Origin: the human T2T-CHM13v2.0 reference genome, Homo sapiens
DNA length: 64,000 nt
NCBI RefSeq assembly: GCF_009914755.1
Contig: NC_060928.1
Strand: one strand, 5' to 3'
The translations under genes were made by a program, and so were the position numbers. Under the pieces are notes generated by a model. It saw only the letters and a program-made list of their open reading frames with translations, was not told where the DNA came from and searched no databases. Positions 45,412-60,509 of the stretch are shown piece by piece (the first letter of the stretch is position 1; every line of letters starts with the position of its first letter).

Positions 45412-45777
45412 TAGCTTTCTAAAAGGAATAGAGCAAAGCAAAATAATACAAGATAATACAGCAGGAGGGAAATAACCTTCTTACTATTTTGTTTAAGGAC
45501 ATCCAAGTTTTCAAATCTTATCTCTTTTTTAACTCAGAGAGAATTGTGCTTTCATTTTGTTAATCGTTGCAGACGTCCAAGGCCCAGGCAGCCACTTCAC
45601 TCAAATACAGGAGAGAATAAAAGGAACAGAGGCAGTCTCCTCCTCTACCTCCAGGGCTCTTTTTCTTGTCAATATTTTAATTAGTTTTGTTTATGTTCCG
45701 GGAACACCTTTTACACCAACAAACCACTCTACCCTGCAATGGAAGTTACGCAGAACATTTTAAAAGTTGTTATTCAT

Positions 45778-46186
45778 TGATATGGTTTGGATCTGTGTCC
45801 CCACCTAAATTTCATGTTGAAGTAATCCTCAATGCTGGTGGAGGAGTGGTGGGACTGGTGGGAGGTGATTGGGTCATGGGGGCGGTTTCTCATGGTTTAA
45901 CACCATCCTTCCTTGGTGCTGTCATCACGAGTGAGTTCTCGTGAAATCTGGTTGTTAAAAAGTGTGTAGCACCTCCCCTCTCTCTTCCTCCTGCTCCTGC
46001 CATGTGATGTGCCACTCCTCCTTTGCCTTCCGCCATGTTTGGAAGCTTCCTGAGGTCTCCCCAGAAGCAGAAGTTATAAGGTTTCCTGTACAGCCCGTGG
46101 AACCACGAGCCAATTAAACCTCTTTTCTTTATAAGTTACCCAGTCTCAGGTATTTCTTTATAGCAGTGTGAGAATAGGTTAATACA
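45778..46186 (+). mobile_element. MST MaLR solo LTR
   Basis: tgatatggtttggatctgtgtcccc...taataca; TSD TTCAT. Confidence 0.88.
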
Positions 46187-46743
46187 TTCATTTTACATAA
46201 TCTTAATGGTCTGAGGTAGAAAAAAGGCCAGGCTAACATGGATTAACATGGATTAATGCAATCTTCTAAATTAACGGGATACTTTAGTGCTTTTTTCTTT
46301 TTCTGGTTAGGTACATGTTATTCAGATATTTTTAGGCCAATAAACATTAAATATCATCTGATTTAAACAACATGTTTTATGAATTTGGGAACTGAGGCCC
46401 AAAGAGAATAAAAAACATACCCAAGGCCTTATAGTTTCTCAGTACAAAGAGCAACCTCTACAAACTCAGTGTGTTTGTTTCAAACCTAATTCATTATCTT
46501 CTCCAGGCACACGCAATGTTCATCCTCCTGAATTCCCAATCCCTGGAGACTAGAACCGGGTGGGGCTCTATGCTCCTGCAGAGTCCCGTTTCCCTGGCTT
46601 TCTGTGTTGGCTGGCTGGTGCTGTGCACTTTCCTCTATCCTTCTTACCCTGAGAAACACGGTGATCTGTTGCCCCAATTTAAGGAATGGATTTGATCCTG
46701 TTACTTAGTTTTGCCAGTTAATGCTTGAAAAATATTCATAGCT

Positions 46744-46865
46744 GGCTGGGCACAGTGGCTCCTGCAGGTAATCCTAGCACTTTGGGAGGCCACAGGAGAA
46801 GGATCCCTTGAACCCAGGAGTTCAAGACCAGCCTGGGCAACATAGCAAGACTCCATCTCTATTTT
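46744..46865 (+). mobile_element. FLAM/Alu left monomer
   Basis: ggctgggcacagtggctc...cctgggcaacatagcaagactccatctct. Confidence 0.8.
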
Positions 46866-47036
46866 TAACAGAAAGAAAGGAATATGCGTTGCTGTAACAG
46901 CTATTTTGAATAAGCGTAGCCTGTGGGAAGTGGTTGCAAAGCAACTTGATGCTGGCTTGTCACTGCCCCTTCACTTGTGTGCACAGGGCTGTTGTTTTCT
47001 TGCCCCTGGATGAGAATTCAGGCAAGGCCCATGACA

Positions 47037-47337
47037 TTTTTTTTTTTTTTTTTTTTGAGATGGAGTCTTGCTTTGTTGCCCAGGCTGGAGTACAGTGGTG
47101 TGATCTCAGCTCACTGGAACCTCTGCCTCCTGGGTCCAAGCGATTCTCATGCCTCAGCCTCCCAAGTAGCTGAGACTACAGGTGTGCACCACTATGCCTG
47201 GCTAATTTTTGTACTTTTTGTAGAGAACAAGTTTCACTATGTTGCCCAGGCTGGCCCCAAACTCCTGAGCTCAAGCGATCCGCCTACCTCGGCCTCCCAA
47301 AGTGCTGCGATTACAGATGTGAGCCACCATGCCCAGC
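47037..47337 (-). mobile_element. AluJ/S element
   Basis: T20 followed by a full antisense dimer. Confidence 0.88.
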
Positions 47338-48552
47338 TCTGCTTACCCTTCTTAACTCCTGGGAAATTGGAGCTTCAAATGTTCTACAACGTTGCCTTTG
47401 GCTTCCCTAAAGACCTTTTTGGATGGGACCTGGGAAGTCTTATGCTGATTTGCTCTGATTTCACCCGTATTTGGTTCATGTGACACACTCAGGCATCCTT
47501 TGCTCCAGTGAACACCAGAACACCAGCAAGTTCCCTCACAGACACTTCTCCTCTAGCCTCAGCTGCCAGCAACTGTTCCACTGACCTTTCAACTTTTAGA
47601 TTTCTCATGAAGTAATCAGACGGGATATTTTATCCCCCTGCACACCAGGGAAAGGTCGAGCTTTCTGAGTGGCTTTGTGAAAACTCCCCTCTTGACTTGA
47701 AGTGAGGTGGGGAGAATGCCTTCCTTCTTTTTTCATGAGTCTCTTGAAACACAATCATGGTGCCAGTATGCTGAGGTCAGGTGGGGGCTCACAGTATAGC
47801 TCTCTCAAAGGAAATCCCCTTCACAGGTCCTCCCTTCAATCCCAGCTCTCTGCCCCTGTATGCTGTCTGTATGAGGGCATGTATCTACAGAAAACAGAGG
47901 CACACTCAGAAGGGTAATTGAAGAGAACTTAAAGAGGAGTCATTTACCAAATATGTGGGAGGGTTAATGAGACCAGCCAGGGATGGTGAAGCATACAGAA
48001 GTAGCAACACTGGGGAGCTGTTACCACCCCCTGGTATGAGTGTACCTGGAACCTGTTGATAGTTTTGGATATTGGAGATCAGCCACCTGCCGAGTGGCCC
48101 TAAGTGAGGAAAGCAGCCACCCCAGCCTGGAAGAAAGGAAATGAAATGATAAAAAGGCTTATTCTGGCTGGTGTGTGGCTAAGATTAGAACTCCCACCTG
48201 ACCTCACCATACTGGCACCATGATTGTGTTTCAAGGGACTCACATAAGCACTCTCTCTTTTCTCCTACTGCACCCCTAGCTCCTGCTAATGCTTCCTATT
48301 GGCTGAACCCAACCAAAAGGCAGAGTGCATTGAAGCCTGGAGCATGCAGGCTGTAGAGTTCAATCTTCAAGGGGTGCAAAGAGTTTACAGTAATTCTTTG
48401 TTTCCTGATCTTTTGCATATTCTTAGGATTGTGGCATCTGACTCACAATTCCCTTTGGTCTCTTAAATCTATTCTATCTAAATATCTCCATTGAGAGTTC
48501 CACTTTACCCTCTTGGGTTATTTGCCATGTCAGTTATATCATCAAGATTTAA

Positions 48553-48925
48553 TCAGAAAACAGAAAATAAAGTAGAAAGATTTCAAATAAACAATCTAAT
48601 GATGCATCCTAAGGAACTGGAAAGGCAAAAATGAACAAAACCTCAAATTATCAGAAAGAAAAGAAATAATAAACATCAGAGAAGAATTAAATGAAATACA
48701 GACCAAAAAATACAAAGGGTCAATAAAAGAAAAAGTTGATTCTTTAAAAAGATAAGCAAAATTGATAAACTACTAGATAGACCAAAAAAAGATGAGGGAA
48801 GGCCCATAGAAACAAAATCAGAAAAGAAACAAGAGGCATTACAACAAATACGACAGAAATACAAAAGTCATCAGAGACTATTATGAACAACTATATGCTA
48901 ACAAAATGGAGAGCATAGAGGAAAT
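48553..48925 (+). mobile_element. L1 ORF2 internal fragment
   Basis: aaatcagaaaa...agagactattatgaacaactatatgctaacaaa (IRDYYEQLYANK-like). Confidence 0.8.
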
Positions 48926-49642
48926 TCACTCTTTTTGTGACTTTGGGTAAAATAACTTATTTGAGTCTTGATTTTCTCATGAGTGAAATGAACTTTTTGA
49001 GCTGCATGGTTTATAAGACACTTGTAGCTTGAACATTTAAATGTTCTTCTTTACTTACACGTTTCTGTGCTCAAATAAACTAAAAGCCCTGCTGGAAACT
49101 GTTTCCACCATCTGTTGCTGCATCACAAATCACCTCAAAATGTAGTGGCTTAGAAAAATAACCATTTTGTTGTGCATGGTTCTGTGGGCTGGGAATCTGA
49201 GCAGGGTCCAGCTAGAACAGATCACCCTTGTGGTCTCACAAGGCTCTCCTCCCAATGGGAGTAGAGGCACAGTGACCGTCTTCACAGAGAGTCTAACAGA
49301 ATCCAGTGAAGAAAGTCATTTTCACCTTCTTTTACCAACTTGTCTTCTCTCAGTTTCAGCTGAAATGCCAATAGCACTCAAGTCTTATCTAGGGAAGTAA
49401 CAGGGTCTTGAAGTGAGAAAAATTGGTTAACAAAGAAAAAAAAGAATGAAATGGAAGTGAGAAATAATCCTGGCAGACTTGTAACTTTCAAACCTAGGGT
49501 TGCAAACACACAGCCACAGCTACCTCTCCCTAATCCTATATCCCTTGTAGACAGCATTCATCAACCACAAAACTGTTTAATTAAGTCCATTCATGTCCTT
49601 AGCAGTCTTCTCCATAAAAGGGTCTAGGCAACCATTACCAAT

Positions 49643-50014
49643 TGATATGGTTTGGATGTTTGTCCACTCCCAATCTCATACGGAAATGTGACCTCCAGGG
49701 TTGGAGGTGGGGCCTGGTAGGAGGTGTTTGGGTCGTGGGGGCAGATCCCTCATGAATGGCTTAGTACTTTCCCTATGGTAATGAGTTCATTCCTCCCCCT
49801 TGCTCTCTTGCTCCCTCTCTGGCCATGTGACATGCCTGCTCCCACTTCACCTGCCACGAGTAAAAGCTCCCTGAGGGTGTCCTAGAAGCCAAGCAGATGC
49901 CAGCGCCATGCTTCCTGTACAGCCTGCAGAACTGTGAGCCAATTAAACATCTTTTCCTAATAAATTACCCAGCTTCAGATTTTTAAAATAGCAATACAAG
50001 AACAGACCAATACA
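49643..50014 (+). mobile_element. MST MaLR solo LTR
   Basis: tgatatggtttggatgtttgtcc...ccaataca; TSD CCAAT. Confidence 0.88.
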
Positions 50015-50249
50015 CCAATCTAATAGTTTGTAAGAGAGAAGAAACCTATTTATCCCCTGACTCAGCTTCTGAGGTGTGGGAGAATAAATGTTTTGAAAAC
50101 ACTCCACAGGTTGATTCTGATACTTTCTGCCCTCTCCTTGTTGACAGCGGCTGCTTTAGCAGCTAGATGGAATAGGAGGGTACTCCTAATAAAGGGATTT
50201 CTCGAAGGAGTGTATTTGGTTCTCACAACACAGATGAAAGATAGGAAAC

Positions 50250-51257
50250 TGTAGGGAAGAGAAAGAGAGATCAGACTGTTACTGTGTCTACATAGAAAGG
50301 GAAGACATAAGAGATTCCATTTTGACCTGTACCTTAAACAATTTCTTTGCTGAGATGTTGTTAATTTGTAACTTTGCCCCAGCCACTTTGCCCCAACCTT
50401 GAGCTCACAAAAACATGTGTTATATGGAATCAAGGTTTAAGGGATCTAAGGCTGTGTAGGACGTGCCTTGTTACCAAAATGTTTACAAGCAGTATGTTTG
50501 GTAAAAGTCATCGTCATTCTCTAGTCTCAATAAACCAGGGACACAGTGCACTGCGAAAAGCCACAGGGACCTCCGCCCTGAAAAGCTGGGTATTGTCCAA
50601 GGTTTCTCCCCATGTGATAGTCTGAAATATGGCCTCGTTGGATGAGAAAGACCTGACCGTCTCCCAGCCTGACACCCGTAAAGGGTCTGTGCTAAGGTGG
50701 ATTAGTAAAAGAGGAAAGCCTCTTGCAGTTGAGATAGAGGAAGGCCACTGTCTCCTGCCTGCCCCTGGGAACTGAATGTCTTGGTATAAAACCCAATTGT
50801 ACATTTGTTCAATTCTGAGATGGGAGAAAAACCGCCTTATGGCGGGAGGCGAGACATGTTGGCAGCAAAGCTGCCTTGTTATTCTTTACTCCACTGAGAT
50901 GTTTGGGCGGAGAGAAACATAAATCTGGCCTACATGCACATCCAGGCGTAGTACCTCCCCTTGAACTTAATTATGACAGATTCTTTTGCTCACATGTTTT
51001 CTTGCTGACCTTCTCCCTATTATCACCCTGCTCTCCTACCGCATTCTTCTTGCTGAGATAGTGAAAATAATAATCAATAAAAACTGAGGTAAGTCAGAGA
51101 CCGGTGCAGGTGAAGGTCCTTGGTATGCTGAGTGCCGGTCCCCTGGGCCCACTTTTCTTTCTCTATACTTTGTCTCTGTGTCTTATTTCTTTTCTCAGTC
51201 TCTCATCCCACCTGATGAGATATACCCACAGGTGTGGAGGGTCTGGCCACCCCTTCA
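50250..51257 (+). mobile_element. HERV-K(HML-2) solo LTR, older LTR5A/LTR5B type
   Basis: tgtagggaagagaaagagagatcagactgttactgtgtc...ccacaggtgtggagggtctggccaccccttca (1008 bp). TATAAAA near 50785, AATAAA near 51076. 6-bp TSD GGAAAC/GAAAAC. Confidence 0.92.
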
Positions 51258-52751
51258 GAAAACTAAGGCTCAAAAATGTTGAACAATCTGGCCACATTCC
51301 ACAGAAGGATAGTGGTGGCCTCCAATCCATTTTCCACTGCCCTTAAATTGTTACTGAATCTTAAACTCTCAGAATCATAGACTCTGAGAGGAGAAGTGTG
51401 GTCATCAGGTGCAAGCTTTTTGTTTTACAGATTAGGAAACAGGTCCAGAAAGTTAAATATCTTTCCAGTGGTTAGGTCCATTAGGACAAGTCAACCTCAA
51501 GGCTAGAACTCAGCCTTGAGCTAAGCCTGGTACAATTTGGCTGACTTCAAACTTTTGGCTCATGCATTTGGCTAATTTGTTCTATGAAACCTAGTATGGT
51601 AGGAGGTAGTTTCTTACAGATTCTGACCTATAGCCCGGAGCAGATATTGTACTTTAATTTTGTCATAAAGGATATGGAACATTTACACAAATCTTAAGTT
51701 TTAACTAGCTTATCCAGACAGGACACTAAAGATATGAAATATGATATGCTGTCAGATTTTGTCATTGCCTTTGATTTAATATTTTAATAAGATGCATTTT
51801 ATGTAGTGTCCTGAGGCATTTTATTAAAAGTGGAGTGTTTTAAAAGTCTGATGAGTTATTTATGGATAAATCCAGACTCACTAGCTTCTGCAATTATCTA
51901 ATATATGCACAACCTTTCAGTGGAGAGGTTCCCAGGTCTGGAAAATTGTGACTTAGGGACAATGTGACAAGTCAGGGATTGCCATTTGTTTGAGTGCTGC
52001 TTGAAACCAGACACTCATCTATGTTAACTCATTTAGTCCCCATATAACCTATATGAGATTAGCATTATAAGCTGCAGTTAGGGATAAGAAAACAGAATCA
52101 GAGAGGTTTTCCATAAACCAGCATCTGTACCCATATACTCTTTGTTCTCAGCTACCAGCATAGACGATATATAAAGCCAATCACTTTGTGGACTAGATCT
52201 CACTCCTGTTGTCTTTTAAAGAACACTTTCCAGAAATTCCCCTCTGTTCTCTATATATTTTTTCCTTTTTGTTGGGTTAGTCTCGTCAGCCTACAAACAT
52301 GCAGTTAATTCTCACATTTAGCCAAAAATAGGCATACAAATAGAAAATCAGTTTTTCTGGACCCCTGCATTTGGAGACTCGTTTATTAGCTCCCTGTCAT
52401 AGTAAAATTTTATGGAAGAGTTGACTAAACTTACTGACTCCTACTTTTTCGCTTCCCATTCTCTCTTGAACTCATTCTGTCTTCCTTCTGGTCCACTACT
52501 CTAACAAGAGAGCTTTTGCCAAAGTCATAATGATCTCCATGTTGCTAAGTCCACTGGTCCTTCATCAATGCTCACTTTGGTATTTGTGTAGTTGGTCACT
52601 GCATCCCTGGCAATTCCTCACTTGTCTTCCAGGATGCCATGTTGTCTCGGTTGATGCCCTGTATTATGGCCCACTCCTTCTTTGTCCCCTTTTTGCTGCT
52701 TCCTGTTTTTCACCCAGGTCTCATGTTGTAGACCCAGATCTCAGTCCTTGA

Positions 52752-53132
<381 letters not shown>

Positions 53133-54161
53133 TGATGACCCCAAAAATCGTCTAATTGCTAGATCTCTCCTCATCTACTGCAAGTTGTACTCCCAGTAGT
53201 AAGTATGGGAGTTCAGATTTGAGTCCTAGTCTACTCATCTTCAATGTATTCATACCTTTCCCTTTATTATAGCACCATAGTTCAGCTTGCTAAGGCCCAG
53301 GGAGTATTAAAAGTGCTTTCTATGTACTAGCTCACTTGATTCCAAAAATAATTCTACAGGACAGATACTAATATTCTAGACGAGGAAACTGAGGCACAGT
53401 AGAAAAGTTCATCATTTGCCCAAGGCGCATAGCTAGTGAGTGGCTGCACCATGACTTGTATGTACTCAGGCAATTTGACTCATGAATCTTCCCTCTTAGT
53501 ATTTTAGAACACTGACCCACTATCAGTGATGACATGGGCAAAAAGTTGGCAGATCCCAGAATGCAAATTAGCAGGGTCAGAAATCCTCCCAGTTCCCTCT
53601 AAATCACTTTCTTATGTGCCGAGGAACTAAATAGCAATATAGTCCCTCTCCTGTTTTCCCGTTTCCTGTTGCCATTTCCAATTTAATAAAGTGTGGGAAG
53701 TAACCCTGATGATGTCTACAGTTGTTTATGAAACACGGGTGTAACCCACATGCAGAGGCTCAGCAAACAGTTGATGGATTTATGCTGACCTCTTGGTAGG
53801 AACACCTGCAGTTTGAGATTCTGCTACATTTTCTACCATTTTATTATGTGTCCTGGTTTTTGCCCAGAGAGCAAAAAGTTTTGGGAAAAGCATATAGAAA
53901 AAAAATAATAAAAGGTAAAATGTCTGTTGTTTCCAGGATAATGGCCCCAAGGGTGGAATCGCATCTGGTAGCTGTTTCTTCTCAGCCCAGTGAGCGGACA
54001 CCAGATCGATCCTTCCTCCCCGAATGCTGCCAGAGAGACTGGAGAATCATGTAGGATGGAAGGTCAGCAGAAACGCAAGGGGCCGTTATGATGAGGACTG
54101 AGAGAGGCATCCCGTACCAGGCAGCAGGATGCTCCATTGGAATAGCACAGCAGGACAGGTG

Positions 54162-54656
54162 TGTGGTAGCTGAATCATGCCCCACAGGAGATCCAGGCCC
54201 TAATCCCTGGAATGTATGAATGATAACTTTGTTTGGCAAAATAAGCTTGGCACAAGTGCTTAAATTAAGGATTTTGAGATGGGAGAGTATCCTGGATCAT
54301 CCAGGTGGGCCCTAAATATAATCACAAGTGTCCTTATAAGAAGGAGGCAGGGAGAGGTCTGACAAAGAAGGCAATGTGACCACTAGGGCAAGATGCTACT
54401 CTGATGCCTTCTAAAATAGTGGTGGAAGCCACCTGCAAGCAGTGTAAGGACTGCAGCTCTTAGAGGCTGGAAGAGGACAGCAAGAGATTCTGCTCTTCAG
54501 CCACCAGAGGGAGCATGTGTGCTGCCAACACCTTGATTTCAGTCCAGTGAAGCTAATTTTGGACTTGTGGCCTCTACAACTGTGAGAATAAATGTGTGAT
54601 GTTTTAAGCCACCAAGTTTGTGGTGACTTGTTACAGCAGCCACAGGAAACTATACA
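54162..54656 (+). mobile_element. MLT1C/D MaLR LTR
   Basis: tgtggtag...ctaatccctggaa...ttgagatgggagagtatcctggatcatccaggtgggccc...gttacagcagccacaggaaactataca. Confidence 0.82.
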
Positions 54657-55275
54657 CCTGGTGACAGAGAGGAGGAGCAGAAGCAAGGGCAGCAGCAGTG
54701 ATAATCAAGTTGAAGTGACGTTTCATAGAAATCCCTGGAGCAGGAGGAACCATCTCATCCCACCCTACAACCTCTGGGCTTTACTCCAGCTGCATGGGAA
54801 GGAATCCATTTTCTATTTCTTTTTTACATACAGGAGCTATTATCCAGGAGGGACCCTAAGAACTGGATGTAGGACAAAATGCCATCATAGCTTGAGCTCA
54901 AAGCAAGACCTGGTTTCATGGCACCCTGGTTCAGGCAAAATCTTGGAAAGGACTTTACCTTTGAGATGAATGAGGTTCTTTGAACAGGGCCTAGAAGAGG
55001 AAAATGACAATCAAAGCATTAAGGAGTTCTATAAAATATGCCAACAGGAATTTCAGTTTTTGGAGATGCCCAGGAGAGTGAGAGTGAGGGTCTTGGAACT
55101 TAGGGAAGGGGGAGCTGGGAGAGGTTCTCAGGAGACATTTGCCCCAACAACGTGGGGGCAGGATGGAGAGCAAGGACTGAGACAGCCCAGGAGCCAGTCA
55201 CTGTTGGAGGGTCGTTTGGGGACTTTTGAACAGTGATGTCTCATTATCAGTTTTAAGTGGTTTCATGTTCCCCAC

Positions 55276-55981
55276 TGTCAACTGAAGAATCAATAAATTT
55301 GGAAAGGAGACCTTTGTTTCTTATAAAGAGCTACCTCCAGCAGGCTGGCCATTCTGCAGGCTTGGAAATGTAGCCTCTGGCAAGAGCTGGAAGCAGGCAT
55401 TTTGAGAGAGGGAAGGATGAGGCAGGAATTGATGCTGAACAGGTTGGCTAAGTAGACATATTCAACAGATTGTAGGAGGAGCTCTGAATATTCATGAAGG
55501 GGAGGCATGCACATGTGCAGTAAGCTAACATTATGTTATATGTTTGCTTTGGGTGGAGGCTTCACATTTAGATGTACTACAATTAGACTTTATATGTCAA
55601 AAGGTGAAGCAAAGGACATGAAAGCACTCAGCACGCAGGCTCCATCAACTGGCCAGAACCACTTCATGGTCCAGGATTTCTTACCAGAAGAGAATGCTGG
55701 TCAGTTTCTGTGTTAAGCCCACAAAAAGGGAGGAGTAGCAGCAGGCGGTTGGTTGAAACCAGTGGCAGAGCAAGTCTTCGAAAGGGCTGGTTTCTGTTTA
55801 ACACTTAGGGAAGAAAGCTTAATGGTGATTATCAAAGGAGGGGCTGTAACGAGGTGTGTCTGATGTCCCATCCTGTCATGGTTGGGAACTCAGTTTTCAA
55901 GGTTTTTCTGGGGCCCCCTGGCCAAGCAGAGGTTCATTCAGTTGGTTGGGGGGCTTAGAATTTTATTTTTATTTCTCAACA
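55276..55981 (-). mobile_element. ERV1 solo LTR (MER39/MER4-group-like)
   Basis: Reverse complement starts tgttgagaaataaaaataaaattctaagcccccc...ctgagttccc; ends ...ttcagttgaca. Confidence 0.7.
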
Positions 55982-56746
55982 CTATGAAAAGTCCCCCTGC
56001 CCTTACCCCCAAACCTTCATCTGCAATATGGCCTAGCCATACAGCAAGGAGACAAGCAAACAGGCAAGCAGAGATATCAATTCAGCAAGAGAAGAAATCT
56101 AGAGTGAGAGTTGAACAGAATAACATCAGCATTACCTAGGCACCCTTGGAACTGTCGGGGGAGGCAATGGCATTCCAAGAGCAAATGGGATGAAACCAGA
56201 GCATTTTCTTTGGCTGCAGGACATGCAACTGCTGGGAAGTCAACTACATTCAAGTGTATGCAGGCAGAGGTTAAGGAACTCCTGAGCCAATTGCTTCTGG
56301 AGACACACAAATAATAGCAGAAGGCTATGAGACCAGAGAGGCACACATGGGGCATATTCGGGACCATAGCCTCTCCCAGACTACTGTTGTTAAAAGACAA
56401 CTGCAGTCCATAGAGAGCACTGGTTAAATAAAAACGCACTCAGTAACTCATTCTTTATTTATGTATGAATTTACTTATTCACTTACAAATAATTAGACTC
56501 TGGGGTTATAATGACGAAAAAGACATTTCCTGCCGTCAGAGAATTCAAGTCCAGCAGAGAAGATAGAATCCCAAATAAATCATTAGAATAGAGTGTGACA
56601 CATGCAGTGACTGAGCCCACAGCAGGGGAACCTAACCCATCCTGGGAATAGGTTCAAATGAGCTTCCTAGACTGGGCAACCTCTAAGGCAGTGTTTAAAA
56701 GAATGTTTTCCAAAGGGTGGTACCCAGAGAGGGGCAGATACAAATG

Positions 56747-56748
<2 letters not shown>

Positions 56749-56801
<53 letters not shown>

Positions 56802-56830
56802 CAGAGAGAGAAACAGAGAGCAGAGAGAGA
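56749..56830 (+). repeat. Compound (TG)n(GA)n microsatellite
   Basis: Seen directly. Confidence 0.95.
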
Positions 56831-56904
56831 TTTTAGTAATGATTTATTTTTATGGTTGCTATGTATTTATGGCAAGTGGCATTTCCATTTATGATAGTAA
56901 TAGG

Positions 56905-57560
56905 GCTTCTTTTAAATTTTTTAAAATTTATTTCATTGTTGGGTGATGGGATTCTCCCCTTGGAATAGGCAAGGCATTTACATGATTCAAAAGTCAAAAC
57001 TATTTAGAAAGATCAACTGAAAAGCCCTTCTGTTCTGTGTCTCCCATCTTCTTCCTTCCTGCCCTCTACAGGTAAAGCATTTTTATTAGTCTCTGGTTTA
57101 TTCATATATATACATGAATACACATGCACGTGCACATCTAAACACATATACATATTATAGATATATAGTGATCCTCTCTCTTTTTATACAAAAGACAACG
57201 TACTGTATGTGGTTAAAGACTTTGCTTTTTTTGACTGAACAATATATTCATTCTGGATATGTCTCCATATCAATACGAACAGATAGTTATCATTATTTTT
57301 TAATGGTTGCACAATACTTCATTGTGTGGCTGTTCCACAGCTTATTCAACCAGTCCCTATTGCTACATATTCGGGTTGTTTCCAATCTTGACTTTTCAGT
57401 CACGTCCACAGTGAATTACCTGGCATTCGCGGTGTTTCTTACCTATGCAGTCTACTGCAGGATGAGTTCCTAGGACCTCAGTTGTTGGAACAAAGGGTAA
57501 ATGCATGAATAATTTCCTCTCTACACAGATGGTATCATTTTGTATTAGCATTTAATGAGT
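56905..57560 (-). mobile_element. Ancient L1 (L1MC/ME) 3' relic
   Basis: ttaatggttgcacaatacttcattgtgtgg...ttattcaaccagtccctatt...gggttgtttccaatc. Confidence 0.55.
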
Positions 57561-58049
57561 AAATGAGGATTTCTTTCTAAATAAACTCACACGAGATTAA
57601 AAAAAAGATAAATCACTTTAGAAAGCATTTTTAAGTAAAGTCAAGGAAGAACTTTGATTGTACGAAGGATATGGAGATGATGAGAAGTTAGTTGCAGACA
57701 ACAAAATGCAACCAGGCAGATGATGTAACATGAATAATCCATCTAGTATAATTAGTTATTTTTTATGGCTAATTAACTGTTAGTTAAATGTGGATGGCTC
57801 AACCACACTGAGGTTTGGATTCTTCTAAATTAATCCCTCCAGTTCTCAAAATCTTTGTGTTGGATCTTGTTATCCAGACTGGCACTGCTTTTGACTGTGT
57901 CCACCAATTCACCTGTTACACAGATACCCTTGATGTCATTGTATGCAGATCGAGAAGACCCTCTCTGATGTGAGTATGTCCTCTGATAATAGCAACCACA
58001 AACCCTGTGTGGTGCTTGTTTTCAAGCACAGACAGACACACACCACTAT

Positions 58050-58430
58050 TGAGAATAATAGTAAATATCCCTCTAGGGCACACCTTATGCCAAGCACTGC
58101 TTTAAGAGCTTTATTTGTATAAATTCATTTAATCCTCAGAATTATTCTATGAGGAAAATAGAGTTACTATTTTTCACTTCAGTTGAGAAAACTGAAGCCA
58201 TCATGGCATTAAATAACTTGCACCCGGCCTCACGAATAGTAAACAGTAGACTTGGAATTTGAGCACAGACAATCTCTGAAGCACTGTGATCCTATAAAGT
58301 GGGTAAAGCAGGTGTGATAAGACTTGATTTTACAGATGATCAGACCAAATCTCAAGGACGTGGAAAGACTCACCCAGCCCCACTCAACTAACAAGTAGAA
58401 GAGCTGGTATTTAAATTTTTCTTGGGACAT
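58050..58430 (-). mobile_element. Two tandem MIR relics
   Basis: ttatgccaagcactg...tcatttaatcctca...gagaaaactgaagc; gattttacagatga. Confidence 0.6.
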
Positions 58431-58609
58431 TAAATTCATATTCATATTCATACCATTTTACATGTAAGATTCTTTTCATATGACAGAAAACTGTCCTACT
58501 ATCCATTTATTGGAACTAATAACATTTCAATTATCAAAAAAATTATACTTTCCTTTTCTAGGATATAGAGCTTTTTTAATGCAGGAAAATCATCTGTAAG
58601 AAAGTTTCA

Positions 58610-58900
<291 letters not shown>

Positions 58901-59591
58901 GTTTCAGGTATGAGGAGCAAATGCCCAGTCTTACTTTAACTCATATCATTGGTGTGGGAGGGTCCCATATGAGATTTATTTGTATTCTGCTAATAAATTT
59001 CATCAGCATCTACAATGAGACTGTTGGGTCCTTCAATCTTGGTTTTGTCCTCCATAGTTTAAATATCAGGGTACCAGGAGTCCACGGAAAGACACTCATT
59101 ATTGCTGAAAAACCTTTACCTTCTTCTGCTGGAAGGGATCCTGAAACCCTGGTTGCAGGATGGAATAAGGCAGCATATGGTTTAGAGGGTGGACTTTGCA
59201 GGTGACAGGCCCAGGTTTAAGTCCTGCCTTCTCTGTTCCTTAGTTATGTGACATTGGGCATATTTAGCCACTCAGAGCCTGTTTTCCCATCTGCAAAGTC
59301 AGAATAAAATTTCTGATACATATTGTTGTTGTATAGATTGAATAAGAAAACATATATAAAATGGCTAGCATAGTGCCTGTTACCATGTAATGCATATACG
59401 ATAAACATATTAAATAAACAATAGCAATTTGAATAGTAAACTGAGTCATCTGAAAGCACTGTAATCTTTAGGAACCAGGAAAAACAATATGTTCAAAACA
59501 GAATGCTAGCAGTCAATCCATTGAGGTCAGCACAGTGAAGAGTAGCTTTTCACAAATTCGCATTTCTTCATCAAACTCTTCCCCAAACTGA

Positions 59592-59916
<325 letters not shown>

Positions 59917-60083
59917 TGCAAACTGAATTTACTCCTATTTTGAAGAGGTCTGAAGAATCTCATGAGAATGACCAAGAAGCATAAAGTGAAAACTTTTGCA
60001 CACAAAATTTCTGATCATCAAGACTGTATTGTAAAAATGCAAAGTGCCACCCTCATTCCAGCTCTACAGGTAGCGTTGACAGG

Positions 60084-60509
60084 TGGTATGGTTTGGATCT
60101 GTGTCCCCATGCAAATCTCATGTTCAGTTATAATTCCCATTGTTGGAGATGGGGCCTAGTGGGAGGGTGATTGGATCATGGCGGCAGTTTCTCATGAACG
60201 GTTTCCCACCATCCCCTTGGTGTTGTTCCTGTGACAGTGAGTGAGTGAGTTATCGTGAGATCTGGTTGTTTAAAACTGTGTAGCGCCTCTCCCACCCACT
60301 CCCTCCTGCTCTAGCCATGTGAAGCACCAGCTTCCCCTTCACCTTCTGCCGTGTTTGTGAGTTTCCAGAGGCCTCCCCAGAAGCCACGCAGATGACGCCA
60401 TCAGCTTCCTGTACAGCCTGTGGAACCGTGAGCCAATTAAACTTCTTTTCTTTATAAATCACCCAGTCTTGGGTATTTCTTTATCGCAATGCGAGAACTG
60501 ACTAATACA
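60084..60509 (+). mobile_element. MST MaLR solo LTR
   Basis: tggtatggtttggatctgtgtcccc...actaataca; TSD ACAGG. Confidence 0.88.

Noticed and set aside
47870-48380. Possible ancient ERVL-type LTR
   Set aside because: Some motifs are suggestive, but termini and family cannot be established by eye.
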